From NCBI GenBank assembly GCA_964187785.1, contig OZ076413.1:54374001-54438000 (forward strand): DNA of 64,000 nucleotides, in the 5' to 3' direction. The notes beneath the pieces are model-generated. The model was not told the origin of the DNA and did no database searches. It saw nothing but the letters and a program-made list of their open reading frames with translations. The position numbers and the translations under genes were made by a program. Numbering within the stretch: the stretch's first letter is position 1; every line of letters starts with the position of its first letter. The stretch is from Amphiscolops sp. MND2022 (taxonomy: Eukaryota). Below, in pieces: positions 46,501 to 57,500 of this stretch.

Positions 46501-48430
46501 AGCACACTTATTCAAGATAACAAAAACTGCAAAATATCATTCAGATATTCAGCGTATAACGTTAGATCTCTAGCAAGGAAAAAATTTTTCAAGATCTTGC
46601 AACAGGTGCATTTACTTGCAAACATCTTACAAAATCCTTGCTAGGATCTTACAAAATGCTTGCAAAGATCTTACAAAATTTTTGCGAGGATCTTACAAAA
46701 TCCTTGCAAAGATCTTACAAAATTCTTGCAAGGATCTTACAAAATTACAAATTACAAAACTGGCATCTCTCGTCGACTCGCGATCAATTTCAGAGATAAC
46801 CCAAGCTTCCACGGGAAGGAATTTTTGTCTGTGACGTCACGAAACTATGGGGTTTGTGCCTCGGGGTCAGTGAGGTGATATACACAGTCTTTCCTCACAC
46901 TCTGGGGGTCAGTCTCGAAGAATTCGAACTCCAGTCTGAAGCCACCCTTTTCCACGTGCCGGTCACTCTTGAATTCTATGTGCACATTTCTACCCGAAGA
47001 CTCGAACCTGTAATTGAAAGGATATAAGTATGTGTCCATTCACAAAAAAAGAACTTTTTTTAATTTTTCCAAACAATCTCATAAAATGCGAGCAAAAATG
47101 GAAGTTACATCAGCTCGCATGGAAACACATCGGACGTCAATACGGGTATCAACTCGCTTCCACGGGAAAAATTAGCGCTTTTTCGGAAAAATTTCATTTC
47201 TTTTCAAAAGAAACGCTATATCAAAAAACTGTTTACGTTGTCATCATGATTTACCATCATGAAGGTCTCATGCATTTCTGTGTCAGATAGCGTCTATTGA
47301 TGAAATGATTTTATAAAGATTCAATCAACTAGTTTATCAGTATGTCAAACGGGTAGTGAAAATCTTAGGCTATAACTAACACAGGCGGTGCGTTTCTCCC
47401 ACAATAGCGTCCAACAAAAGGCGAATACCCGAACATGCCATCTTGGATTCTGACGTAATCGTACTGGCAGAGTGCCGAATTTTCCAGGTCGAAGTTCGTG
47501 AACCGAACTCTCACTTTTCGGTCACCTTTCGCTGAAACATGCATGCCTCGTGGAAAGTGTAGAGAGCATTTGAAAACTCTATCTAGAAAACTATATTGAA
47601 ACAAAACTATGAAAAGATTCACTAACTTCACATTCCTCATTTCATGACAGGTCGTTAAATGAAATGCTCACTCGACCAAAAACTATTTGCATTGAAAACC
47701 TATATCTTTAATCATTCACAATCCTCTATTATTATATTTGATTTTTTGATAGAATTGAGAAAAAATCTAATACCAATTCCAAGTTTAACATTTGGAGTTT
47801 GAATGCGTATAAAATGGAAAATGTTGGAAATTTGAATGTTCATCTGTACTGTTAAATTATGGCAAAAAGTCGTTACTTGATAAAAAAACAACTAAACTAG
47901 GAATATGTTTAAAAAATGCTATCTAAAAATGTACAAAAATTCTCATAAAGCAATAATTTCGTTTCAATGCATAACTAACTGAAACACGAAAAGCTGAAAA
48001 GGTCTATCTATAAACTGAAGGCTCGAAAGAAACATGTAAAGATATTTTCTGGAATTTTGGTTGTATCTGTGTAACTCATCCTTATCGCTTCTTGGAAAAA
48101 CGGTCTTTTTAAACAAGTAATATTTGATTTCTTGTTGATGACGTAAAAGTAGTCGTAAAATGACGTGGGCATACCGGAAATGACGTATTGACAATTGGAC
48201 TCAGGCCTGTACAGCATTTTGCCATCGACATTGGTGATGTTTGAGAATATTTCTCCCCTGACATTAGAAATGCTGCGGAAAGTTCCATTGCACTTGATTC
48301 TTTGCTCCATTGAGGACACCTGGAGAATCGCTTCTCCCACAAGGGGCTCCGTCTCCATTTGGGCGCGTGAACGAAACGCCAGGAAAGAGATCACAAAGAT
48401 CCAAAATGACAATGGCATCTCTACGTGCAT
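19399..48430 (-). CDS. Neto: Neto-like (neuropilin and tolloid-like) type I membrane protein, 11 predicted exons
   Basis: Exons (minus): 48430-48175, 47531-47381, 47007-~46850, 46304-46233, 44056-43894, 25423-25319, 24060-23929, 23397-23293, 20733-20695, 20630-20537, 19592-19399. All junctions are GT-AG and phase-compatible except exon 3/4. The domain order is signal, CUB, CUB, LDLa-like, TM, tail. [28 protein letters not shown] matches the NETO CUB1 signature (RDGPFGFSPxxGRFCG...PP...SSGR), and IDCTWIIYRPP matches CUB2 VDCKWYIRAPP. Confidence 0.8.
20537..20733 (-). CDS. Neto: Neto-like exons 9 and 10 (juxtamembrane tail), separated by a 64-nt intron
   Basis: KKCQVHSQLLRRS | IANLRSKEAEAIMHMGNIAAEGLQNMLITLT; splice phases are consistent, but alternative frames exist. 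Confidence 0.55.
20810..21575. repeat. Foldback-like repeat cluster in Neto intron 8
   Basis: ~53-bp inverted repeat (about 20843-20895 vs 21000-21052) built from CCAGGCTGATCATACTCTGGACCATA-type units; ~30-bp tandem copies at 21490-21575. Confidence 0.65.
21679..23281 (+). mobile_element. Tc1/mariner internal-deletion derivative with a nested TGCAGA-rich repeat
   Basis: TA flanks; TIRs CAGTCGTTGGACAAAA vs CAGCCATTGGACATAA (13/16). It has an HTH-like fragment (RIAEISDCIPKTSYRIIKEFQE) and a Tc1-type C-terminus (ENVKNLYDGQPRRMKETVRMKGHLSKY*, ends 22425). Confidence 0.7.
23293..23397 (-). CDS. Neto: Neto-like transmembrane exon
   Basis: RITQTSSLYLFAAIGGVLMAACGVVTMFWVSLTHK; TTTAG acceptor, GTAAGT donor. 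Confidence 0.8.
23929..24060 (-). CDS. Neto: Neto-like LDLa-like exon
   Basis: GEYECLSGTFCVNRTKNC...YC...C; TTTCAG acceptor, GTTAGT donor. Confidence 0.75.
24344..24430. repeat. MITE-like end with AAATTTCGTCGT subrepeats
   Basis: GGGAGGCGGAAATTTCGTCG...; a related element at 43164-43760 has inverted GACGACGAAATTT copies. Confidence 0.5.
25319..25423 (-). CDS. Neto: Neto-like exon 6 (end of CUB2)
   Basis: TKDDKLYLHYVSRPGKTGVFKFWYTIARVASFCGP; TTTGCAG acceptor, GTAAGT donor, phase 0 on both sides. Confidence 0.75.
25535..27275 (+). repeat. 5' LTR
   Basis: TGTCG...TGACA; CCAAT near 25901, TATAAATA at 26558-26565; 16 differences from the 3' LTR by manual comparison. Confidence 0.95.
26688..28418 (+). 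pseudogene. gag: gag, starting inside the LTR; two CCHC zinc knuckles
   Basis: MPTTRKQKKARK start at 26688; gag core FDGKSEKVELFEDL...; CNYCKEKGHMVNDC (28093) and CGTCGKKNHPEERC; several stops and frameshifts. Confidence 0.85.
27276..27289 (+). promoter_or_regulatory. Primer-binding site (TGGTGACAGG...)
   Basis: TGG starts immediately after the LTR CA; the first 10 nt are identical to the PBS at 53155. Confidence 0.7.
28415..33601 (+). pseudogene. pol: pol: protease, RT, RNase H, integrase
   Basis: LIDTGA; YASPIF; QYVDD (30623); MTDASFG; H2C2 region HGTAHKHPG...CEEC; QIDL, ITDKD, WERTH core; GPF domain; RYNLRPNP end. Frameshifted at about 29420, 30850 and a stop at 31118. Confidence 0.95.
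33860..37523 (-). pseudogene. Antisense ~1200-codon accessory gene with hAT-transposase-like features, broken into several ORFs
   Basis: C2H2 finger WCHICKRNISIKSKGVMEILRHHRTEKH; KLIDEWKAVVSYL resembles the hAT post-RW helix; KGLEVFDP; LFKLCCLCITT resembles the hAT C-terminal region, but the ERxFS motif is absent. Confidence 0.6.
38635..38834. other. Assembly gap (200 N)
   Basis: Run of N. The matching TSDs on both sides of the element support the scaffold join. Confidence 1.
38835..39543 (+). pseudogene. 3' accessory ORF of unknown function, ending 89 nt inside the 3' LTR
   Basis: Frameshifted acidic N-part, CMVC motif, C-terminus AVSQAAACDGTLITTTATSQETLPGTLPTF*. The 5' end is lost in the gap. 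Confidence 0.6.
39455..41195 (+). repeat. 3' LTR
   Basis: Direct repeat of 25535-27275, followed by TSD GATGA. Confidence 0.95.
42060..42890. repeat. AAGATCTTG/CAAGAATCTTG-rich repeat with ~32-bp tandem units
   Basis: Tandem units at 42580-42690; the same motif family recurs at 46585-46750 and 49780-49915. Confidence 0.7.
43894..44056 (-). CDS. Neto: Neto-like exon 5 (CUB2 core)
   Basis: DSDIKMVLHFEQISLGFPNMCEMNRFETYSG...HCTDFWSQDIE; TTTCAG acceptor, GAA|GTGAGA donor. Confidence 0.75.
46233..46304 (-). CDS. Neto: Neto-like exon 4
   Basis: EFPLIPLFGIDCTWIIYRPPDTIG; TACAG acceptor, GG|GTGAGA donor in phase with exon 5. Confidence 0.75.
46845..48430 (-). CDS. Neto: Neto-like exons 1-3 (signal peptide and CUB1)
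   Basis: MPLSFWIFVISFLAFRSRA signal; NCQYVIS|AKGDRKVRVRF...[25 protein letters not shown]...GFRLEFEF. Confidence 0.85.
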
Positions 48431-51400
48431 GTTTCGTCGAAATTTTTTGAGATAATTGCTGTTTCTAAGTCGAGACAACTTAATTTGTAATAAATTAAAT
48501 AAGTCTTTGATGCTGAAGAATTACCAAAGTTCGTTCAAAAAAGTTACGGAGACGCTTAAAGATTCCATAATCGAAATTTGGAAGTTACTTTGGAAAAAAT
48601 CAATTCCGAATAAACGAAGTATTGCTCTAGTCGTGTAACTCATGTGGTTACAGAAGCGAAAACGTCTGTCTCGAACAATGTAACAAGTTAAAGACTGAGA
48701 AATCCAGAGCAACTGAGAAAATTTGCCTGATAAATCACAGAACGTGGAGTTAAATATTCAAGTGAACAATTAGGAAAGCATTTCCGCGGTGCAAGATACC
48801 AAGCTTACTGGTAATACCAACACTCTAATTCTGGAATACTACTGGCACAGGAAGTTTGTGCTGGTAATCAAGCTGGACTCTCGAACGAAACGCTCCCTAC
48901 CAAGAGGTTATAGCTTGAATGTTGAAATTTTAACAGAGAGTTAGTTCACTATTTCACGTGGCTGTGTACTTTGGAAGTAGTGCATTATTTCGTAAACTTC
49001 TGACAAGTCAATTGCAAACATAGAGTTAGACTTAGTTGTTAAATTGCGTTCAATTAACCAGAATTCAAATCAAACGCATTACAGACGAAATACAGCTGTA
49101 TATGGGGAAAATGTCACAGTTATACTTCGGGAAATTTTCACAGAACAACATACAACATTTTGTAGATCATTTAACGCAATCTTTTTTTTTGCCCAAGCGG
49201 AGTTTTGTCTCCCAAAATGCAAATTTTTGATTTTAATGAAATTTTTCCTCCTAGATACTAATTACCAAAATTACTTGGGAATAATACATGTTTCGAAAAT
49301 TTAAAAAAATACGATTCTCACTTGTTCTGCAGCAGACAATTTAAATAAGTCAAAAAACCTACTTAGAAAAGTCAGTCATCAAAATAACTTTTTTGCAATT
49401 CTCTGCATAGTTCTTCTTAAACGCAGTACAGTCTGCATGAAAAAACTAAGATTTACAGTCTTTGTTTCAAAAAGGTACTGTAAAGATGGCTTGAGCAAAG
49501 ATACCTTTTCAGACAAAAATCTTGAGTGAAAACAAGAAATGTGGGGTACATATGAAAAATCTGATAATCGGGAACAATTTGGCTGTGAAACTCAGAAACA
49601 CAGCTTGAGAACAACCTGATATTTTCACACAAACGGCACGATTCTTTGAAATTCCTTGTTCTGGCGTTCTAGGTTAACAAGCCGGGAACGGCCCAAGTCG
49701 GTGCGCCGCTCGAGGCGCAAAAGAGTAAAGTGTTTTAAATATGCAAAAGGACACTGCTCTGGGTGAAGTTAAACGCAAATCTTTAAAGATTCTTGCCAAT
49801 TTCTTGCATTTGATGGCTATCTTGCAAGATTTGGGACCTACATTCAAATCTTGCAAGATTTTTCAGTTGTATGCAAAGCTTCTTGAAAGAAAAACATTTT
49901 GCTGCAGATATCTTGCAAAATTTATTTAAAAAAATTCGAAGTTGGGCGCGGCCGTTTTGAATTTCATCATTTTTGCTTGTCATTTTCGGATGACACAAAC
50001 GGTAAATATTAGAAGTGCACCGGAACAGCAATTTTTTGTCCGGCCGGAACCCGACCGGAACCGGAATTTTAAGACCCAACCCTACCGGAACCTAGCACTA
50101 GCAGAGAGCCTCCAACCCAGAATAAGGACATTTCTCAATTACTGAATGCTTTGCTTTTAGTAGAACTAAATGTCCGACATTATGCTTCTAATTTCATTTT
50201 GTTTCAGTTCATGTAATGGATAGTGTTTGAAAAATTTTGCGCTGTTAGTTTTTTGGGACTCTGCAAAGGCCACGTTGTCGTCGTGAGTCCTGTCACGTGT
50301 GGCATTTCTATAATATATTTCGAATTTCAGCGGGTCCCCATCATCTAAGAAGATCAGTTTCTTTGAAGAACGATCATATCGCAGACTTACTGCGCTTTTG
50401 GTTACCATGAATATCGAGTCAACAATAGAGCGTGACTAATGAACAAGTGTCTACAAGTTTCACACGCAGAATTTGACTTTTCGCTTGCAACTCCGACTCA
50501 AAACAAGAACACTGTTCCGCAAATGAAACCACAGGCCAAGTTATCGGCTCATCCGCCTGAAATGGACATATTTCTGATCCGAACTGACCAACATCTTTAT
50601 GGGTCAAAATGTAAAACAGGTCGACTGAGATAGTGGCTGGTATGGAGCTTCCTTCTTCCCCAGCAGCAGACCACGGGTGTGTTTTTTCTCCCCCCAACAT
50701 GATGACACACATGGCACTTGATTGATGACGAAGATCCATGGTATCTGATGAAGGAAAAAATATTAACTATTAATTCTCTAAACTTATGGTCTATTTTCAG
50801 AGCATGAACATAGTTCGCAATTAGATGGCAGTTCAAGCGGTACGGGAAGTAAAGTTAGCCGACTTGGCGATCTCCAATAAACCTCCTCACTTTACGCCAT
50901 CACAATTCAGTATGGACGCGTTCGAACATCAACAACAATAACCCTAACACTTACGTATAGAAAAGCCACTTAAGAGGAATAATCCTGTAAGAGTTTCAGC
51001 CCCCTTCCCCAAAGTCCCACCGTTTGTTGCTACTAATTGCCCGAGTGGGACTTCTGATGGATGAAATATAGCATCAAGTTTTAGTTAGTTCATATGTTGA
51101 TGGTTTTAAATTTTTGGTCCTCTTTAAAGTTTTAGGAATAACAAGCAGGGAACAACCCAAGTAAAGGTTGTAAAGTGAAGTAAAGTAACGGGTACCCCGC
51201 TAAGGTTCAAAGAACTTTTTTGATATGCAAAGGACACTATTGTTAAAATTTCATTAATTTTAAAGTCCCAAAAAAAATCAGTGATACGAAGAAGACTCAA
51301 AAATACCTTTTCCTTAAATTAAAATATGGTTGAAAGTAGTTAAGAATTTGGCATTAAGTTTGCTATTGGAAGAATGTAACTTGAGAATATTCATCGAAGG

Positions 51401-53347
51401 GAATAGTTGGTTTAATTTTCAAAAATGCTTTTGTCAGAATGTCAGGACCGGAATATAGGACACAAAATTTTGTTGAAATGTCATTAATTTTACAGTGCCA
51501 AAAAATAGCCCAAGGAATACGCATAAGACTCGAAAACCACTTTTTCCCACTGGAGACAGCAAAAAAAACCATCTTGCTCGAACGAAAACCTCTCAAAAAC
51601 CAAAAAATTGCAGAAAAATGAAATTTTTCCAAAAAATGTCTCCGGACAGTCGCACAGAGCCGAGAATCTGAAGGAGCCCTCTATGCTCGCACAACCTTTG
51701 GTTTCTAGGGGCATCGATAAAAATTAATTAGAAAGAAGTCGCATGGCACCGAAAAAACCGCCGGTCTCAAAAATTTCGGATGGAATTGAAAAAAATTATT
51801 GGTGGATACGTATTGAGAAAACCTAATATCAGACAAATAACGAGAGTTTTGAACAATCTTAGAGTGGCAAAAATCTGACAGCGGAGACCCTTTGGGATCT
51901 TTTAACAACATCCATTCTGTAGCAAAATAACGAAAAAACTGAAGGGGAACCCTTTGCAAACAACAAAATAAATTTTGAACAGTCTCACGAAACCGAAATG
52001 GGCGGGGTCTCACCAAGCCGAAAATAGTCAAAGAAAGACCCTTCCGTTTTGGAATGGTTTTGTTTTTCATGTTGGAGGCTTTGCTTTGGATGTGATCAAA
52101 ATCAAGTACTAAGTAGTTTTGGTAAAAGTGCACAGTGCACAAAAAGTGGACCGATCGCGTTGAACTGACGAAAAAAAGCTAGCCACCGCTAACCCGCTTC
52201 TTTTTCGAAAACGCCGACTGAAAAGCTATTGATCAGAGAGCAATTTAACCAGACGTAACCTCACAAGTTGACTGGATGTGTTCAAAAACAAAGAACGAGA
52301 AATTGTAAAAAAAAAATGGGTCAACCCGATGTACTTTACTACCAAAAAACTGCAAACATTTTCGGAAACCGTATTGCAAAACTAGTTTTTCAATAGGAGC
52401 TTTGCAACTTTCTAAATGACCAAGTTTCATAACTTCGCAGCAAACGTGGCTAAAAATGTGTCATAACTACTTAATGTTTAAAATCTTCGAAATCAATGGA
52501 TTTCGCAGATTGCCTGGATTTCAATAATGAACATTATCTCAAAAATCTTGTAGGTTTTAAAAGATTTGCACTTTTTCACCGCTATACGGTAATTTTGTAT
52601 CTTGAGATAAATCGACGAAATTTGACCTTCCGAGCAAGATATTCCAAACGGTTGAGCAATTTTGAACTTAAAAAATCCAGAAATTCAGTAGATTGATGGG
52701 AGTTAATTGAGCACAAAAAATTGAAAAAATTTCAGAAAAAATAGTCAAAAAGAAAAACGGCAAAAAGTTTTGCTCAAAATTAGCTGTTTTTTCAACGTTC
52801 ACTGATCGTCATGATCTCCGATCAATAAACAAAATTTCGTTCCAGTATGAGGTGAAACAGACGTGGACCAATTGAGACTCTCAGCCTATCAGAGGACGAC
52901 ACCATGAGAAAGACATAGCCCCTGAAGTGCAAGCACTGAACCTCTGAAGACCGTAAACAGACCGAGTAATACTTGACTGAAATACAGTATGTCTAAACTC
53001 CTTTCTGTAAAATATCTTATCTTTGACTGTTCAATTTAATCTTTCTACATCAATCTAAGTTGTCTGAGTGAAACCAAAAGGAGAGAATCCGTAGATCCCG
53101 AAGTAATGAATACCAAAATCTTTCACCGCTCTGCCACTATTCTGTCTTATGACATGGTGACAGGAGTTATTCTCCTTGTTCACTAAAAAAGCCCATACTA
53201 CTTGAAAACTGTTTCTTCTTTCCTCTGACTAAAATAATTTAATATCAACTGACTCTGCTGAAAAAACCCATGATAAACTCAGCGACTGAATCTTATTTCT
53301 CCTCATACTTTTCGTTAAAAATAAAATTCACTTAAAAAAACTCAATT

Positions 53348-54555
53348 TTGACAAAACTGGCTGCAATTCAACCATTTCTAAACCTTCAATCCTTTAAGGG
53401 AACAGAAAAAGAAAACTTAAATGAGTTTATTCGTCAACTCGAAAGTTGCATCCAATTAGCAGGAATAAATAATGATGACCGCCACCAGTACATTCATCTG
53501 CATCTTAAAGGCGGTGCATTACCTTTCTTTGACCAACTTGCACAAGCCACCAGACAAAATTATGATCTCGCTGTTACTGCTCTTTGCGAGAGATACCAAA
53601 ATGACCAACGAGTCCAATTACAAAAACTTGAAACTAAAGCCGTCAGAAGAGACTGCCCAGGACTTCCTCACGGATCTCCAACGATTAGCCCTCGAAGCGT
53701 ACTCAATTGTAGTCGCCAGAGCTGCTGCTGTAGGAAGACCAGCTGTTTCCGAAGAAGACCGAGCTTTGGAAAGAGCAAGACGAGTGAGGGAAGCGTTCAT
53801 CAATGGGATGCCGCTCAAACTACGCAGCATTTTGTTGACACAACCAGAAGAAACTACAAGAGAAGACCTCTGTGCCAAGGCTTCAAGTCGCATTACTGTG
53901 GATCGCCTCTATCCAGAGGATGACGATACTGCGTTCAATGAGATCAGCCCTTCATCCAACAAACAATTGCTCTCAGGTTTGCAAGCTCTTTCTCTTGCTC
54001 ACGATACGTTAAAACAAGAATCTGCAAAAGTTTCGGAAAAAATTAAAGATCCGATGAAAACGCTTCAACCGTCAATCAATCAGCTAATACAACAGAACCA
54101 AAAACAAAATCAGAAAAATAATCAACAAAATTCGCAGAATTCAAATCAGCAACAAAGGCCTCGCAACAATCAGAACTGGAATAACAAGAAACGAAACAAA
54201 AACAATTGGAATAATCGCCAAAACAACAACAATCGAAACAACAACAACTACAATAAACAAGGTAATAACAACAACTGGCAAAATGGACGGAACAATAATA
54301 ATCGAAACGCTCAATCATCACAACGCCATTGCAGTAACAGTAATAAGTTTGGACACACGATTCAATCCTGTTGGTTTCGACAACCCAATCGTCAACCACC
54401 ACAACTGCCCTATCAACAATACTCTCAGTATCAGCAACAACCGCCGTCATCTCTCAACCTCAGATGTCCACATCCATGATACCTCCATATAATCCGATGA
54501 CTCAACCGTGGTCTCCATACTACGATGTCAACTGGACACAGAACCAAAAAACTAG
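53348..54555 (+). pseudogene. gag: gag with Q/N-rich low-complexity tract and degenerate zinc knuckle
   Basis: FKGTEKENLNEFIRQLE...HLKGGA; N/Q tract at 54090-54310; CSNSNKFGHTIQSC. Confidence 0.8.
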
Positions 54556-57500
54556 GTAAGCCACTCATAACCCAATCTATTTCTGCCTCACCTAATCCTT
54601 CATTTTCTTCCTCTATTAACGTTTTATCCTGTAAGCCTCGTACTTCACTTTTCTGTGTACCCATTAACTTTACTTTTACTGTTGAAGCCCTTATTGATAC
54701 ATTTTGTAGCGCTACGCCTCTAAATATTTCTCTAAATAAAACTCCAAAAAGAAAATCCAGCTTCTATAAAACACTATAATCCAACCCCGAGTTCTATTAA
54801 AGTTGCTAATGGATCTTTAGTACCCATTTATCTTTCGAAGCCGATTTTTAACATTGCAAATAAAACGTTGAATGACACTTTTCTTCTACTCAAGACCATG
54901 AATCAAACGATCCTTGGCTTTCCATTTTTTTGAAAAAAAATGACATTTGCATTCACCCAAAAAGCTGCACTCTTAAACTGCCTAACTTAACCTTACAACT
55001 GACTGAAAAAAATTCATCATAACGGTAAAATTAGCGCTGTTACTCCGAAAAAGAAACATTTTTGAGAAACAATAGTTCTATATCAATCAATCCCAACACT
55101 AGTGAAATTGTTAAATGTTCGTTACCGAACTGTTCTTATCCAGATGGCACTGTTGCCATCATTGAAGCTTTTGCTAAGTTTGTAAATCAAACAGGACTTT
55201 GTGTCACAAGCGCACTCATAACAATAAAAACAAAAGAAGACGTTTCACTAGCCATTTTGAACGTTTTGCCTCATAAAGTAACTGTTCAGAAAAACTCCAT
55301 AATCGCTAGAATATCAATACTAACCCCGAAACAAGCTGAACATTTACAACCGATAAATCCTCAACTTTTGACAACATACTTTGATGAGAATTTTATTGCC
55401 TTTATCCAGGACTCAGACATTAAAGTTTCCCCCTCTCCCGATGAATTTTGTTTTCCAACGCCAGAAAACTGTTCTAATCCGGAAAAGCTAACTGGCATCG
55501 ACAAGCGAATCTATGATGAAATTGCTAAACTGAAAAAAGAAGAGAAACTGGATCCTATATCCAATAAGTTAGATAAGCAGTAATTTTTAGCTCAGTTTCA
55601 GTGGGAAAATTCTGTTTTAATTGACTAGCAAAAACACACAGTAGAAAACCTTCACTTAGGAAACCACCACATTTTTGCTCGACATAGACTGGACATTAGT
55701 AAAAATGAAGATTTTAAAGTAATGTTAACACCCGAGAACAATGAACATATGTATACACAAGGACCGCCCAAACCGATACATTATCGTGATCAAGTGTTAG
55801 TAGAACTTGCCTTGTTACAATATTGGGGAGTAATAACAACATTGAAATACTCGAAATACTCCAGCCCAATCTTTGCAGTTCAAAAACTTCAGGTAAACTT
55901 CGTCTTTTGGTTGATCTTCGTCGAAAAAACCATCTAATTTGGCAAAACTTTGATAACCATAATTTTCCAGTTGCAACACTAGCAGACGTAAGCGCGCATT
56001 TAGCTGGAAAGGAGCTGTAGTCAAGCTAACCACGTGTTACAAAAGGCAGACCCATTGTCTGTCCAGCTTCTTTCTTTTAACTTTTTGTCGGGCACCTTTG
56101 CCTATTTACGATTAGCACAAGGACTTAGCCGTTCCGTTAGTGCTTTCAGTTCATTTATGCGTAAATATCTCAACCCTTGTATTGTTGCTGACCAATGTTT
56201 TCAATACGTAGATGATCTAGGCACTGCTAGCACAATTGAAGAATTCACAACTAAATTACGAGCAATTTTTGTTTGCATAGAAAAAACAGGTTTGAAATTC
56301 AGTCCTGGCAAATGTGAATTTGGCCTGAAAGAAATGACGTTTTTGGGTAATACCATCACAAATGAAGGTATGCAACCAGACAATAAAAATGTATCAGACT
56401 TTTTGTCCACGCTCGAAGTTCCGAAAACCTCGAAGCAAATTTGAAGATTTATTGGATTTTTTCAATACTTTCGAGCCTTCATACCTAAGTTAGGAGAAAA
56501 ACTTTTACCATTTTATAAGCTTTTACGTCAGGAAAATGAAACAGTTTTAACAGAAAAACACCACAAACAAACTGAAGCTTTGAAAAAAGATCTAAAACAG
56601 GCAGGCACATTGTCCCTTAGGTTATTAAAAGCGAATGCTCAGTATGTGATTTTAACAGACGTCAGCTTTTACGCTGCCGGTTATATCTTGATGATAGAAG
56701 ACTACATTACTGATCAATCAAGAAAAACTTATAGGACTTATGTCCCTGTTTCTTTTGGATCCAAGATTTTTACGCCTACCTATCTGAAACTTTCTATCTA
56801 CGCAAAAGAATTTTGGCAGTACACTTCGCGTTTGATAATTTTGCACACATCTTTTGGGGTAGCACTAAGCCAGTGTTAGTATTAACAGACAACCGTAGTT
56901 TAACCTGTTTCTTTCAAGCTAAGACAATACCATCTAGTCTTTGGACGTGCGTGGAACATTATTTAATTTTTAATTGTGTATTTGGACATATCCCAGGTAA
57001 AGCTAATGCTGCCGCGGACTACTTGTCCCGTATCCATGTCCACCCCATACAAAGCTGGAACTCCGTTTTAACTCTCAGATACCAGTCAAAAACGTACAAC
57101 TAAAAATGGGAATGTAAGTGCCGGATAATTCAGTTAACACAATCCGTTATCATTTTATGCCATTTCGACTTGGTCGAACGAAACACAAAGCTGTTGAAGC
57201 CTTAAACTCCTTGCATGCTCCCAACCCTCTCGACGATCTTGACCTTACTGACAAAATGACTCCTTTAAATCTTGGAGAAGAACAACAAAAAGATCCTAAT
57301 ATCAAACTTGTGCTTCATTGGATGGACACTCATCCTCCTGAACCACCTCCGTATTTGAGCTCGGAACTCCGTAAATATCTTAAACATTTTATTCGCCTAG
57401 AAAAGCATCAAGGTGTTTTTTATTGCAAACTTTTTGATGACACTGGCAAAATAGTTAATCGCCAATATGTTGTACCTGCTCACCTACGTGCAGAAATTCT

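Noticed and set aside
50166-51060. Minus-strand ORFs and isolated GTAAGT donors upstream of Neto
   Set aside because: No consistent exon chain or domain; they could be UTR exons or TE debris.
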